This document shows, in pieces, positions 18,820-28,601 of a stretch of DNA of 64,000 bases. The stretch comes from Methylococcales bacterium (GTDB taxonomy: Bacteria; Pseudomonadota; Gammaproteobacteria; Methylococcales; Methylomonadaceae), in contig CBDCZY010000004.1 of NCBI GenBank assembly GCA_965224745.1, positions 29,851 through 93,850 on the forward strand. Direction: 5' to 3'. The notes below the pieces were generated by a model that saw only the letters and a list, made by a program, of their open reading frames with translations, had not been told where the DNA came from and did no database searches. Each line of letters starts with the position of its first letter. Positions within the stretch are counted from its first letter, which is position 1. Made by a program: the position numbers and the translations under genes.

Positions 18820-19123
18820 ACGTGTATTTTGCTGATCAATACGAAGCTGCGACGCCGCAAGGCTTTGTCAAGTTGAGGGTCGATCGTTCACAATATTCAC
18901 ATGAAAAATCAATCGCACTATTATGGATCTTCTTTGTACGCTCGTTTGATACATCGCAGCAGGTAACGTGCACCTGTTGATAAGGGAGGAAGTTTAATCT
19001 GCAATATTGACATTTTTAACTCGAATTTAGTAAGTTGGCAAACCCGTCTCAGAAGAAAAAGAACCCATTCGATTCCAACAGAATCTTAAACTTTTTGTCA
19101 GCTCAGGTTTTAGCGATTTCACC

Positions 19124-21091
19124 TTATTTCAAGCGAAAATTAGTAATTAATCGCTTAAAAGCATTTATTTCAGAATTTCTAATTTCTTTTTTACCATAAC
19201 GAAGCATCTGGTAGCAGCTCGTAATTTCTCTTATATCTCCAGTTAACTTAGGTTTTAATGCAACGGCGCGGTTGGCAAATGCAACCGCTCCTTCCGAAGG
19301 TAAGCGAATTAACCCAGTTTTGCGCCATTTTTTACAAAACTGTTCATAGAGTAAAAGGATTGGGTCTTTGTACTTTTTTGGGTTGCGGAGTAAGAAAAAA
19401 GCCACTATGGCAATCAGAATAGCGATGCTAGATACCAACCATCCAACCAGTTGGCTAATATCATTAATGCCTAAATGACCGAATAGTTTTTGTTGGATGT
19501 TGCCGTTGTAATTGATGATGAATCGTTGCCAGTTATATTCTGCGCTCTGACCTAAAAACTGAAGTTTTTTTAACCATCTTCCTATCATCTCTTGATCTTG
19601 TAGAGAGCCAGAGAAACGCACCACGCTGTTGTTGACCGGGTTGGATATATCGATACTTCGTTCAATGCGTTCTGGCGCGATAGCAGTCGTAGGGTCAACA
19701 CGAACCCACCCTTTGTTTGGTAACCAAACTTCTGCCCATGCATGAGCATCGGCCTGACGGACTTCGAGAAAATTTCCTATATCATTGAAAATGCCACCTT
19801 GATAACCCGCTATAACTCTAGCCGGTATTTGGGCCGTTCGCATTAATACAACGAAAGCAGTGGCATAGTGACTACAAAAGCCTTGCCGAGTATCAAACAA
19901 AAATGCCTCGATTGGGTTTTCTAACATTTGCGGCGGTGTGAGGGTATATCTAAAATCATTGTCTGCAAAATAACGCATTACCTGATCAATAAACCGCTCA
20001 GGTTGATCAGCCTTTCCGCCTAAAGAAACAACGAGTTGATTGATTTTTGGATAGCTTTTTTGAGGAAGTTGTAAGTTTTCCTTACGTTCAGTATTTGAAA
20101 GTGGTCCCGTTGTATATTGAGGAAAAGAGACCAATTTATATTCGGTTCGTTTTCGCAATGATTTTTTGGAAGTGACTTGATAATCAGCTTGTTGAAAGAG
20201 TCCTTTCGGTAGTTTGCCGGGTAAATCCAGCGCAAACACCCATTTTTTATTCTGTGGTTCTAACAACAATTTGTATTGATATGATTGGCCGCTTAGTCGC
20301 GGTTTTCGATCATGAATGGGTCGTCGTAAATAATTTGATGGTGTCCAGCGCTTCCCGTCCGTAAAGGAGAAAACAGGTCCTCGCCAGTAGCGTTGTTTCG
20401 GCGGAGGCAGTTTTCCATCAAATTTGGCCCTAAATGCCAGTTCCCCAGATAAGGCTAAATTGCTAATCGCACCGGGTTCGAGTCTATCGCTTAAGCCTGA
20501 TGTGGCGTTGTTATTTTGTTGTAAAAAAGACCACCTTGGCGCTTCAATTCGAGGAAATAAAATGAACAGGATCGCCATGATTGGTAGCGATTGAAAAATC
20601 AACGTTGCAGCCAGTTTTATGCATTGTGTCAGGCGCAAAGATTGACTGTTGATATTAACTAAAAGGCCGATTAATAAGCAGCTAACTACGAGAATGTAAA
20701 CTGCCAATAAAATATCTTGTGAAAATAAAAACTGTGTAGCGGCTACCAAAAAAGCTAAATAAGTCAGTAAATAAAGGTCGCGTTTGGTGCGTATTTCTAA
20801 TAACTTTAATCCCAATGCTGTGACAAATAAGCTGGTCCCTGCTTCGTGCCCGATAAAGCCTTGATGTTGTTTGAAAATGAGAAAGATACCCAGGCACATG
20901 ACGATAAAGAGCAGTGCCGTCCCCGGCAGTAAATTATGGTTTCGGACCGCCATCAGTCGCCAGATTAGCAAGATGCCAAAAAAACCAAAAATGGTCAGTG
21001 GGAGATTGAAAAAATGAGGAGCAACGACCAGGGCAATCGCCGCTAAGAGAAAAAGTAATATTTTATCTTCAATGTTGGTGTTAGCTGTCAC
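19124..21091 (-). CDS. transglutaminase-like membrane protein (TgpA-type: DUF3488 N-terminal domain plus transglutaminase core)
   Basis: 655 aa with a polytopic N-terminus. The catalytic triad context is GFCSHYATAFVVLMR (Cys), DAHAWAEVW (His) and VRVDPT (Asp). It is the last gene of a moxR-DUF58-tgpA operon. Confidence 0.8.
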   Translation of the reverse strand: MTANTNIEDKILLFLLAAIALVVAPHFFNLPLTIFGFFGILLIWRLMAVRNHNLLPGTALLFIVMCLGIFLIFKQHQGFIGHEAGTSLFVTALGLKLLEIRTKRDLYLLTYLAFLVAATQFLFSQDILLAVYILVVSCLLIGLLVNINSQSLRLTQCIKLAATLIFQSLPIMAILFILFPRIEAPRWSFLQQNNNATSGLSDRLEPGAISNLALSGELAFRAKFDGKLPPPKQRYWRGPVFSFTDGKRWTPSNYLRRPIHDRKPRLSGQSYQYKLLLEPQNKKWVFALDLPGKLPKGLFQQADYQVTSKKSLRKRTEYKLVSFPQYTTGPLSNTERKENLQLPQKSYPKINQLVVSLGGKADQPERFIDQVMRYFADNDFRYTLTPPQMLENPIEAFLFDTRQGFCSHYATAFVVLMRTAQIPARVIAGYQGGIFNDIGNFLEVRQADAHAWAEVWLPNKGWVRVDPTTAIAPERIERSIDISNPVNNSVVRFSGSLQDQEMIGRWLKKLQFLGQSAEYNWQRFIINYNGNIQQKLFGHLGINDISQLVGWLVSSIAILIAIVAFFLLRNPKKYKDPILLLYEQFCKKWRKTGLIRLPSEGAVAFANRAVALKPKLTGDIREITSCYQMLRYGKKEIRNSEINAFKRLITNFRLK

Positions 21092-22053
21092 GAGGTTGTT
21101 TTAAATAATGCTAAGGCCTCTAAGCACTGCTGTTGATGAACTTCCCCAAAGGCAGGTTGAATATGAGTTCCTGATAACCTTAAACCAAAAACAATGTTGG
21201 TCTTATTAGTATCCAATATCCACCGGCATAGCTGGCTGAGGCGGTCTTCAACTGAACGACCTGGCGTCAATTGGAAATCGAACCAGATTTCACCCGCTTC
21301 CTCTCCACCGAAAGCCTTACTATATAGACCTATTCCTTTGGCATAAGCTTTCCAATGGATATGCTTGATAGGGTCGCCGGCTTGGTAAGATTTAATACCG
21401 GAAAACTCATCTTGACCTCTTACGGCGAGGGCTTCTCCAGAACTGGCGGCTTCGCTTTCAGGAAACGCAAGCCTAGTATTAGCGGGTTTGGGATAAATCA
21501 AAACCCTTTGGTTGGTTCTTAACGGTGACCAGGCACGGAACAGCCCTAAAGGAAAATAGCTATAAACGGTAACGCTATCTATGTTAAACCAGCCTCGATG
21601 TTGAGTCGGACATAAAAGGGTGATCCTGGCATCGGCTTCTGCTTCAAGGCTAACGGTTTGTGGGCGGCAATTTTTGGCGCTCACTGAGAGATTTATTTTT
21701 GCTGTACGGGTTGGGTTGGTCAGAATAAGTTCAAAACAGGCCGCTTGTTCTGCGAATACGGGTTCGCTCTTACCTGTCGAAACTACAATACCTGCGATCG
21801 ATTGATAACTGTGCAAAATAGAAATAAAAAAAATACTTGCCAGCAAAAAAGTGAGGATATAAGCAAGGTTGTTGTTATAGACGAAAGCCACCAAGAGTAA
21901 TAACAGCAACAAAATGACAAAGCCCAGTCCTCGATGCGACGGTAAGATGAAAATCCGCCGGTGAGTGAGTGTCACGGGGTCATTAGTCGGCCTTTCACCT
22001 CGAAGAAATCGTTTAGGATGAAAACGTTCTTTAAGGGTCAGAGTCGAGTTCAT
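21088..22053 (-). CDS. DUF58-domain protein (MoxR-associated)
   Basis: 321 aa with two N-terminal TM helices and a DUF58-like core (YQAGDPIKHIHWKAYAKG). It overlaps both neighbouring genes by 4 nt. Confidence 0.75.
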   Translation of the reverse strand: MNSTLTLKERFHPKRFLRGERPTNDPVTLTHRRIFILPSHRGLGFVILLLLLLLVAFVYNNNLAYILTFLLASIFFISILHSYQSIAGIVVSTGKSEPVFAEQAACFELILTNPTRTAKINLSVSAKNCRPQTVSLEAEADARITLLCPTQHRGWFNIDSVTVYSYFPLGLFRAWSPLRTNQRVLIYPKPANTRLAFPESEAASSGEALAVRGQDEFSGIKSYQAGDPIKHIHWKAYAKGIGLYSKAFGGEEAGEIWFDFQLTPGRSVEDRLSQLCRWILDTNKTNIVFGLRLSGTHIQPAFGEVHQQQCLEALALFKTTS

Positions 22054-22973
22054 GGAATAGCGACTTTTTCTAAAATAGGCGCTATCACAGAGGCTGCATC
22101 CGCCACATGTGGGTTCAGCCTATGTGCTGCTACCGGTTTCAGTACAGTCTGAATGTCCTCTGGAATAACAGCATCTCTTTTTTCGAGAAACGCCCAAGCT
22201 CTTGCTGCATTCAATAATGCCAAGCCTGCTCGAGGTGAAAGTCCACAGTCATACTCATGCCATTGACGGGAAAAAAGCAGAATATCCTGTAAATAATCAA
22301 GCAACGCATCTGAGGCGTGTATTTTGGTGATCTCAGCTTGCAAAAAAGTCAATTGGTCTGAAGAAATGACAGGAGAAAGTGTTTCAAGTAATTCATGCCT
22401 GTTCTGTCCTTGTAAAAGGTTGCGCTCAGCTGCTTTATCCGGGTAACCCAAACTGATGCGCATTAAAAACCTATCCAGTTGCGATTCGGGTAATGGAAAA
22501 GTGCCCAGTTGATGGTGCGGGTTTTGGGTTGCGATAACGAAAAACGGTCTTGGTAAGTCATAAGTGCGTCCTTCAACGGTGATTTGTTGCTCCTCCATCG
22601 CTTCTAACAAGGCGCTTTGAGCTTTCGGCGTCGAGCGATTAATCTCATCGGCCAATATCATTTGATTAAACAACGGGCCAGGGTGAAAATTAAACGTTTG
22701 GCTGCTGCTGTCGAATATTGAACTACCTATCATGTCAGCTGGTAACAGATCGCTGGTAAACTGGATCCGTTGGTAATCCATAGCAAACAACTTGGCTAAG
22801 GCATGTGAAAGCGTGGTTTTACCGACCCCTGGCATATCTTCTATCAACAGATGGCCTTTGGCTATCAGGCAACATACCGCCAGACGAATTTGTTGATTTT
22901 TGCCAAGAATAATTTGGCCAGCCTGATCCAGTAAAGTATGAATCGAATGATGAAGTTCTTGTTGAGTAAACAT
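22050..22973 (-). CDS. MoxR-family AAA+ ATPase
   Basis: 307 aa. Walker A is EDMPGVGKTTL, Walker B is ILADEINRSTPKAQSALLEAMEE, followed by ATQNP. Confidence 0.9.
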   Translation of the reverse strand: MFTQQELHHSIHTLLDQAGQIILGKNQQIRLAVCCLIAKGHLLIEDMPGVGKTTLSHALAKLFAMDYQRIQFTSDLLPADMIGSSIFDSSSQTFNFHPGPLFNQMILADEINRSTPKAQSALLEAMEEQQITVEGRTYDLPRPFFVIATQNPHHQLGTFPLPESQLDRFLMRISLGYPDKAAERNLLQGQNRHELLETLSPVISSDQLTFLQAEITKIHASDALLDYLQDILLFSRQWHEYDCGLSPRAGLALLNAARAWAFLEKRDAVIPEDIQTVLKPVAAHRLNPHVADAASVIAPILEKVAIP

Positions 22974-23189
22974 GAAAAAATAAGTTTGAAGAATGGTGTA
23001 GCGGGCTTACTGTAAGATCTGCTTTGATCTAATAAGACCAGGTAGGGTTAAAAAAAGTCTATTCTCATTCAGCCTGCTTATAACTCATTATTGTATCCTT
23101 GTTCCGAATAGGTGGAATGAAACAAATAAAGTGAGTATAGTCTAAACAATGTAAATTCGTTCGAAGGGTTCATTCGAAGGAAGTAAGTC

Positions 23190-23513
23190 ATGAAACAGTT
23201 TGAACAGGTTCGCGGAAAGCTAATCGATATGTTGGAAGATCTTGATGTTAGCCTCGGTGATATTGCCGAAGATCCCCAATCTATTGATCACGCTAAAAAA
23301 CGTGTGGAAAATAACGTGGCTAATCACGCTGGCAGCTTTGCCTCTACGAAAGTAGTTAACACAAATAGCGACCAAAACTCATATCAAAACCGGCAGAACC
23401 TAAGTCATTACCAGTGCTCTTTATGCAGCAAACCTATAGACTTGGTTGCAAATGCTAATCAGTCTCAAATGCTGATTTGTTCTGATTGCAAAAAAATCAT
23501 GAAAGGAGATTAG
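23190..23513 (+). CDS. small protein with a C-terminal DksA/TraR-type C4 zinc finger (divergent)
   Basis: 107 aa. The C-terminus is CSLC-x17-CSDC, which is exactly the spacing of the DksA/TraR finger, with the conserved Ile retained but the Arg/Pro positions not. The N-terminus looks helical. Confidence 0.4.
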   Translation: MKQFEQVRGKLIDMLEDLDVSLGDIAEDPQSIDHAKKRVENNVANHAGSFASTKVVNTNSDQNSYQNRQNLSHYQCSLCSKPIDLVANANQSQMLICSDCKKIMKGD

Positions 23514-23737
23514 CATAGCTTTGGTGCAGCAGCAATTGAACAGTCAAGAGCCTTTTGCAAAGGATTTAGCAGCATCAAGTCCTTTGCAAAAGACTCTTTT
23601 GTTTTGAACTTTACAGTTCGATAATATTTCGTTTTATCTCTAAAAACTTTTGCTTTATTAAAGCTCTTCGAATGTTTTGCGACTGGATTACATTGGATTG
23701 TATTTGTCGCTTTAACGCCAAATTTCTTTTTTTTCAT
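23510..23737 (-). CDS. small basic protein, possible alternative ribosome-rescue factor ArfA
   Basis: 75 codons from the ATG at 23737, preceded by AGGAGA with 7-nt spacing. The N-terminal half is Lys/Arg-rich and resembles the ArfA core (F-x2-K-V-x3-K-x-K-Y-x-R-x2-K). A 17-bp hairpin lies inside the 3' third of the ORF. Confidence 0.4.
   Translation of the reverse strand: MKKKKFGVKATNTIQCNPVAKHSKSFNKAKVFRDKTKYYRTVKFKTKESFAKDLMLLNPLQKALDCSIAAAPKLC
23548..23596 (-). other. 17-bp stem / 15-nt loop hairpin inside the ArfA-like ORF (possible RNase III or processing site)
   Basis: The sense RNA arms are GAGUCUUUUGCAAAGGA and UCCUUUGCAAAAGGCUC. All 17 positions pair, with one G-U. No U-tract follows the stem. 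Confidence 0.6.
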
Positions 23738-23816
23738 ACGATTTCTCCTGTGATAAGTTTGGACAAAGATTAACAAAGCCTTAGAATATCTTCTTTTCTA
23801 AGATGAATTAAAGTTT

Positions 23817-25691
23817 GTGAAGTTCCATAAAGAATTTGACGTGATTGTTATTGGCGGAGGTCATGCTGGTACAGAAGCGGCACTCGCTGCTGCACGTACA
23901 GGCGTTAACACACTGTTGTTAACTCAGAATATAGAGACTTTGGGTCAAATGAGTTGTAATCCGGCGGTAGGTGGCATCGGTAAAGGGCATTTGGTCAAAG
24001 AAATCGATGCTCTGGGTGGTGCTATGGCTAGAGCAATTGATCAGGCAGGTATTCATTTTCGAGTACTCAACGCTAGCAAAGGCCCTGCTGTTAGAGCGAC
24101 CCGTGCGCAAGCTGATAGGACTCTTTATAAGCAGATCATCCGCCAGATGTTGGAAAATCAACCCAATTTGGCGCTATTTCAACAAACGGCCGCAGACTTG
24201 ATAGTTGAAGATCAAAAGGTGGTCGGTATTGAAACCCAAATGGGGCTCAAATTTTCGGCGAAGGCAGTGGTCTTGGCCACGGGTACATTTTTGGGAGGCC
24301 GTATCCATATCGGTCTTGAAAACTACAGTGGTGGGCGTGCTGGTGATCCAGCATCCAATGCCTTGGCAGAGCGTTTGCGTGAATTGCCACTGCGAGTTGA
24401 TCGGCTTAAAACGGGGACGCCACCAAGAATTGATGGCAGAACCATCAATTTTAGTGCTTTGACTCAACAGCATGGCGACACGCCGGTGCCGGTTTTCTCC
24501 TTTAACGGAAAAGCGGAAGATCATCCCCGACAAATTCCTTGTTATATCACTCGAACGAACCGAAAAACACATGACTTGATTCGCGAAGGACTGGATCGAT
24601 CTCCCATGTATACTGGTGTTATTGAAGGGGTAGGGCCTCGCTATTGCCCTTCGATTGAAGATAAAGTGATGCGGTTTAGCGATCGCGACTCGCACCAAAT
24701 CTTTGTTGAGCCAGAAGGCCTCAATACTCATGAGATTTATCCTAATGGGATTTCGACCAGTTTACCTTTCGATATTCAATACCAATTTGTGCGTTCTATC
24801 GAAGGCTTTGAAAAGGCTGAAATTGTAAGGCCAGGTTATGCTATAGAGTATGATTTTTTTGATCCCCGGGACTTAAAATCATCGCTCGAAACCAAACATT
24901 TGGATGCCTTGTTTTTTGCGGGCCAAATTAATGGTACCACGGGCTATGAAGAAGCAGCCGCGCAAGGTTTGATTGCCGGCCTTAATGCTGCTCTGCAAGT
25001 GCAAGAATTAGAGAGTTGGTGCCCCAGTCGCAGCGAGGCTTACATGGGTGTCATGATTGATGACCTTATCACGCAAGGGACTCAAGAGCCTTATCGTATG
25101 TTCACCAGCCGAGCCGAATATCGATTATTGCTGCGAGAAGATAATGCGGATCTTCGTTTAACACCGCAAGGACGGCAACTAGGGTTGGTTAATGATGAAG
25201 TTTGGCAAAACTTCGAAAACAAGTCACAAGCGATCAATGGATATCGTAAGGTGTTGAACAAAAAATGGTTGAGACCGGGCACTAACGAGGCAGAAAAAGT
25301 ATTTGAACTATGGCAAAAGCCTTTATTACGCGAAACGAACCTAATTGAATTGTTGAGGAGGCCAGAAGTAAGCGTTGAAGATTTGGCGCATTTTCTGGAT
25401 GAGGAGCAAGATGATTTTGAGGATAGCGTTAAAGAACAAGTAGCGATTCAAACTAAATATGCCGGATATATCGAACGACAACAGACCGATATTGAGCGAA
25501 CCCGACGTTACAACGACCTGAAACTGCCAAAAAGTATTGAATATCCGAAGGTTAATGGGTTATCGAACGAAGTCAGCGAAAAACTTTCCCGTCAACGACC
25601 TGAAACATTGGGGCAAGCGGCCAGAATTCCAGGTATGACACCCGCAGCAATTTCGTTACTGCTTGTCTATTTAAAAAAGAAAAGTGCTTGA
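23817..25691 (+). CDS. mnmG: tRNA uridine 5-carboxymethylaminomethyl modification enzyme MnmG (GidA)
   Basis: 624 aa with a GTG start. It has the FAD fold motif [16 protein letters not shown] and MnmG-typical sequence throughout. Confidence 0.95.
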   Translation: MKFHKEFDVIVIGGGHAGTEAALAAARTGVNTLLLTQNIETLGQMSCNPAVGGIGKGHLVKEIDALGGAMARAIDQAGIHFRVLNASKGPAVRATRAQADRTLYKQIIRQMLENQPNLALFQQTAADLIVEDQKVVGIETQMGLKFSAKAVVLATGTFLGGRIHIGLENYSGGRAGDPASNALAERLRELPLRVDRLKTGTPPRIDGRTINFSALTQQHGDTPVPVFSFNGKAEDHPRQIPCYITRTNRKTHDLIREGLDRSPMYTGVIEGVGPRYCPSIEDKVMRFSDRDSHQIFVEPEGLNTHEIYPNGISTSLPFDIQYQFVRSIEGFEKAEIVRPGYAIEYDFFDPRDLKSSLETKHLDALFFAGQINGTTGYEEAAAQGLIAGLNAALQVQELESWCPSRSEAYMGVMIDDLITQGTQEPYRMFTSRAEYRLLLREDNADLRLTPQGRQLGLVNDEVWQNFENKSQAINGYRKVLNKKWLRPGTNEAEKVFELWQKPLLRETNLIELLRRPEVSVEDLAHFLDEEQDDFEDSVKEQVAIQTKYAGYIERQQTDIERTRRYNDLKLPKSIEYPKVNGLSNEVSEKLSRQRPETLGQAARIPGMTPAAISLLLVYLKKKSA

Positions 25692-26313
25692 TGAAGCCAG
25701 CCAAGCGTTATTAAAGACAGGTTTAGTTGACTTAGGACTTGAAACACCCCAGATAAAAATAGATAAATTGGTGCTTTTTTTAGTCCTTATGCAAAAATGG
25801 AACAAAGTGTATAACCTTAGCGCTATTCGACAAGTCAAAGATATGGTGAATTTACATATTTTAGATAGCCTTTCAGTAATGCCTTTTTTGCGAGGCCACC
25901 ATGTTGCTGATATTGGAACGGGCGCTGGCCTGCCAGGCATTCCGCTGGCAATATATCGACCCGAATTATCGTTTGTCTTACTGGATAGCAATGCTAAAAA
26001 GACACGCTTTGTGCAACAGGTCATATTGGAGTTGGGGCTCAAAAATGTTGAAATATATCAAGGGCGAGTTGAAACTTATTTGCCACGGCAACGTTTTGAC
26101 ACCGTTATTACCAGGGCTTTTTCAGATCTTAAGTCTATTTGGTCGATAGCCTTGCCATTACTGACACCCACCGGTATCGTGTTAGCTATGAAAGGGGCTC
26201 GTCCTGATGCAGAAATAAACGCTTTGGCGAATTGCCAAGTTGAGGTGCATACTTTTGGTGTGCCTGGAATAAACGCCAAACGCTGTTTGGTAAGCCTGAC
26301 AACTACCAACTAA
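25684..26313 (+). CDS. rsmG: 16S rRNA (guanine527-N7)-methyltransferase RsmG (GidB)
   Basis: 209 aa with a GTG start overlapping the end of mnmG. The SAM motif is [14 protein letters not shown]. Confidence 0.92.
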   Translation: MLDEASQALLKTGLVDLGLETPQIKIDKLVLFLVLMQKWNKVYNLSAIRQVKDMVNLHILDSLSVMPFLRGHHVADIGTGAGLPGIPLAIYRPELSFVLLDSNAKKTRFVQQVILELGLKNVEIYQGRVETYLPRQRFDTVITRAFSDLKSIWSIALPLLTPTGIVLAMKGARPDAEINALANCQVEVHTFGVPGINAKRCLVSLTTTN

Positions 26314-26324
26314 AAGACAAGAAC

Positions 26325-27086
26325 ATGGGAAAAATAATCGCCATTACAAATCAAAAAGGCGGGGTCGGAAAAACTACCACCTGTGTCAATTTAGCGGCCT
26401 CAATGGCTTCAATTGGTAAAAAGGTGTTGGTGGTAGACCTTGATCCGCAGGGTAATGCAGCCATGGCTTGCAGCATTGACAAAAACGATGTTGAATACTC
26501 AAGTTATGATCTTTTATTAGAAGAGAAACCCGCTGAGGACGTCATCCAGTCTCCACCAAAAATAGGGTTTGATGTCATTCCTGGCAATGCTGATTTGACC
26601 GCCGCAGAAATTGGTTTGATGAAAACTGAAAGACGCGAAAAGCGGTTGGCAGAAGCAATAAAATCGGTGCGCGATCGATATGACTTCATTCTTATCGACT
26701 GTCCACCTTCACTCAACATGTTAACAGTGAATGCTTTGGTCGCGGCTGATACAGTGTTGATTCCAATGCAATGTGAATATTATGCTCTGGAGGGTCTTTC
26801 GGCCTTGATGGAGACGCTGAAAAATGTGCAGAATACCATCAACTCAAAATTAAAGGTCGAAGGTATACTGCGTACTATGTACGATAGTAGAAGTCGCCTC
26901 ACCACAGATGTTTCTGACCAATTAAAGGAACATTTCGGCAATAAAGTCTACAAAGCTTACATACCAAGAAATGTTACTTTAGCAGAGGCGCCCAGCCATG
27001 GTGTTCCCGTCATTTTGCATGACCGCTATTCACGAGGTGCCATGGCCTATTTGGCTCTGGCTGAAGAAATGACCAGAAAAGAGTAA
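26325..27086 (+). CDS. parA: chromosome partitioning ATPase ParA (Soj)
   Basis: 253 aa with the deviant Walker A motif NQKGGVGKTTT and DCPPSL. Confidence 0.93.
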   Translation: MGKIIAITNQKGGVGKTTTCVNLAASMASIGKKVLVVDLDPQGNAAMACSIDKNDVEYSSYDLLLEEKPAEDVIQSPPKIGFDVIPGNADLTAAEIGLMKTERREKRLAEAIKSVRDRYDFILIDCPPSLNMLTVNALVAADTVLIPMQCEYYALEGLSALMETLKNVQNTINSKLKVEGILRTMYDSRSRLTTDVSDQLKEHFGNKVYKAYIPRNVTLAEAPSHGVPVILHDRYSRGAMAYLALAEEMTRKE

Positions 27087-27120
27087 TGAAGTTAGAAACG
27101 TTTCAATTACCGGTTCAATT

Positions 27121-27978
27121 ATGACGCAAAAAAAACGTGGGTTAGGACGAGGGTTAAATGCGTTGCTCGGCGATGTGCCGGTCAAAGATGTCAGAAATCA
27201 GCTGCAGCATTTACCGATCGAATTTTTGCAACGAGGGAAGTATCAGCCCAGAAAAGATATGAACCCCGAAAAGCTACAGGAACTCGCTGATTCTATTAAA
27301 GCTCAAGGCGTCGTTCAGCCTATTGTCGTTAGAAAAGTGGACGAAGATAAATATGAAATCATTGCCGGAGAAAGGCGATGGCGAGCCTCGCAATTAGCCG
27401 GTTTGCAGGAAATTCCCGTGGTTATTCGCGAAGTCGAAGATCAATCTGCAATGACTATGGCACTGATCGAAAATATCCAGCGTGAAGACCTCAACCCATT
27501 GGAAGAAGCAGAAGCCTTAAAAAGGTTATTGGAAGAATTTGAAATGACTCATCTTGAGGTTGCAGAAGCGGTCGGTAAATCCAGAGCGATGGTGACTAAC
27601 TTGTTTCGACTGATAGATCTGGAGTCCGAAGTCAAGAATATGCTTGCCGAAGGCACACTTGAAATGGGGCATGCCAGAGCATTGCTTGCGATCCAGGGTG
27701 AAGCACAAATTAACGCTGCAAAAAAAGTGATAAGTGAAGGTTTAACGGTCCGAGCGACAGAACAATTAGTGAAAGACTACAAGTCACCCGCTGCAAGTGT
27801 CGACAAACCCATGCCAGTAGTCGAAAAAGACCCGGATACTCTCAAGCTTCAGGATGAGTTGACAGCCAAGTTAGGTTCTAAGGTCGTCATTAATCACCAA
27901 AGTAATGGTAAAGGAAAAATGGTCATCAGTTATTCCAGTCTGGATGAGCTGGAGGGTGTGTTAAGTCACATGAAATAA
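27121..27978 (+). CDS. parB: chromosome partitioning protein ParB (Spo0J)
   Basis: 285 aa with ParB boxes (GVVQPIVVRKV...YEIIAGERRWRA) and an HTH (THLEVAEAVGKSRAMVTN). Confidence 0.93.
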   Translation: MTQKKRGLGRGLNALLGDVPVKDVRNQLQHLPIEFLQRGKYQPRKDMNPEKLQELADSIKAQGVVQPIVVRKVDEDKYEIIAGERRWRASQLAGLQEIPVVIREVEDQSAMTMALIENIQREDLNPLEEAEALKRLLEEFEMTHLEVAEAVGKSRAMVTNLFRLIDLESEVKNMLAEGTLEMGHARALLAIQGEAQINAAKKVISEGLTVRATEQLVKDYKSPAASVDKPMPVVEKDPDTLKLQDELTAKLGSKVVINHQSNGKGKMVISYSSLDELEGVLSHMK

Positions 27979-28049
27979 AGCTGTTTTTTTTCAATTAAGA
28001 CCCAACAATTATCCCCCTAATCTTTTTTGATTCCTGTAAAATCGATGGG

Positions 28050-28601
28050 ATGTCGCAGTATGAAAATATCTACTTAATAGGGCCAATGGGAGTCGGAAAG
28101 ACGACGATTGGTAAACAACTGGCCAGTAATTTGGCTTGTCCGTTTTACGATAGCGATAAGTTTGTCGAACATAAAACCGGCGTCGACATAGCCACTATAT
28201 TTGAATTCGAAGGCGAGCAGGGTTTTAGAATAAGAGAGCAAAAAGCGATAGAGACATTAACGCGACTTCGAGGAGTAGTCATGGCAACTGGTGGTGGCGC
28301 CATACTGAATGAGCGTAACAGGGAGTTATTGACTAGCAATGGCTTTGTTGTTTATTTGCAATGTTCTCTCAACAGGTTGGTTGATAGAACGCGCAAAGAT
28401 AAGAAACGGCCTTTATTGAAAACCAATAATCCGCGTAAGCGACTTGAAGAAATTATTGCGGAAAGAGATCCGTTGTACCAAGTGTGTGCCGATTGTGTTG
28501 TTAACACGGGGCGCAACTCAAGCAGAATGGCTGTCAATGCTATTTTAAATAAATTCTCGAAGAATCAAAAAAGCAGAAAAGATGAAAACTTTGCCAGTTG
28601 A
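28050..28601 (+). CDS. aroK: shikimate kinase
   Basis: 183 aa. The P-loop is [11 protein letters not shown], and the gene is followed by aroB. Confidence 0.9.
   Translation: MSQYENIYLIGPMGVGKTTIGKQLASNLACPFYDSDKFVEHKTGVDIATIFEFEGEQGFRIREQKAIETLTRLRGVVMATGGGAILNERNRELLTSNGFVVYLQCSLNRLVDRTRKDKKRPLLKTNNPRKRLEEIIAERDPLYQVCADCVVNTGRNSSRMAVNAILNKFSKNQKSRKDENFAS

Noticed and set aside
22974-23816. The replication origin could lie next to mnmG. Gene orientation switches from mostly minus to mostly plus around 23 kb, and mnmG-rsmG-parAB are classic origin-proximal genes.
   Set aside because: The non-coding pieces here are short (216 bp and 79 bp). They contain only two GATC sites and no TTATCCACA-like boxes that I can find. 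The space is filled by two small genes. Without a GC-skew calculation this stays unsupported.
27095-27104. The palindrome GAAACGTTTC between parA and parB could be a parS site.
   Set aside because: The half-sites are in the wrong arrangement compared with the parS consensus TGTTNCACGTGAAACA. It is only 10 bp long. I found no canonical parS in the window.
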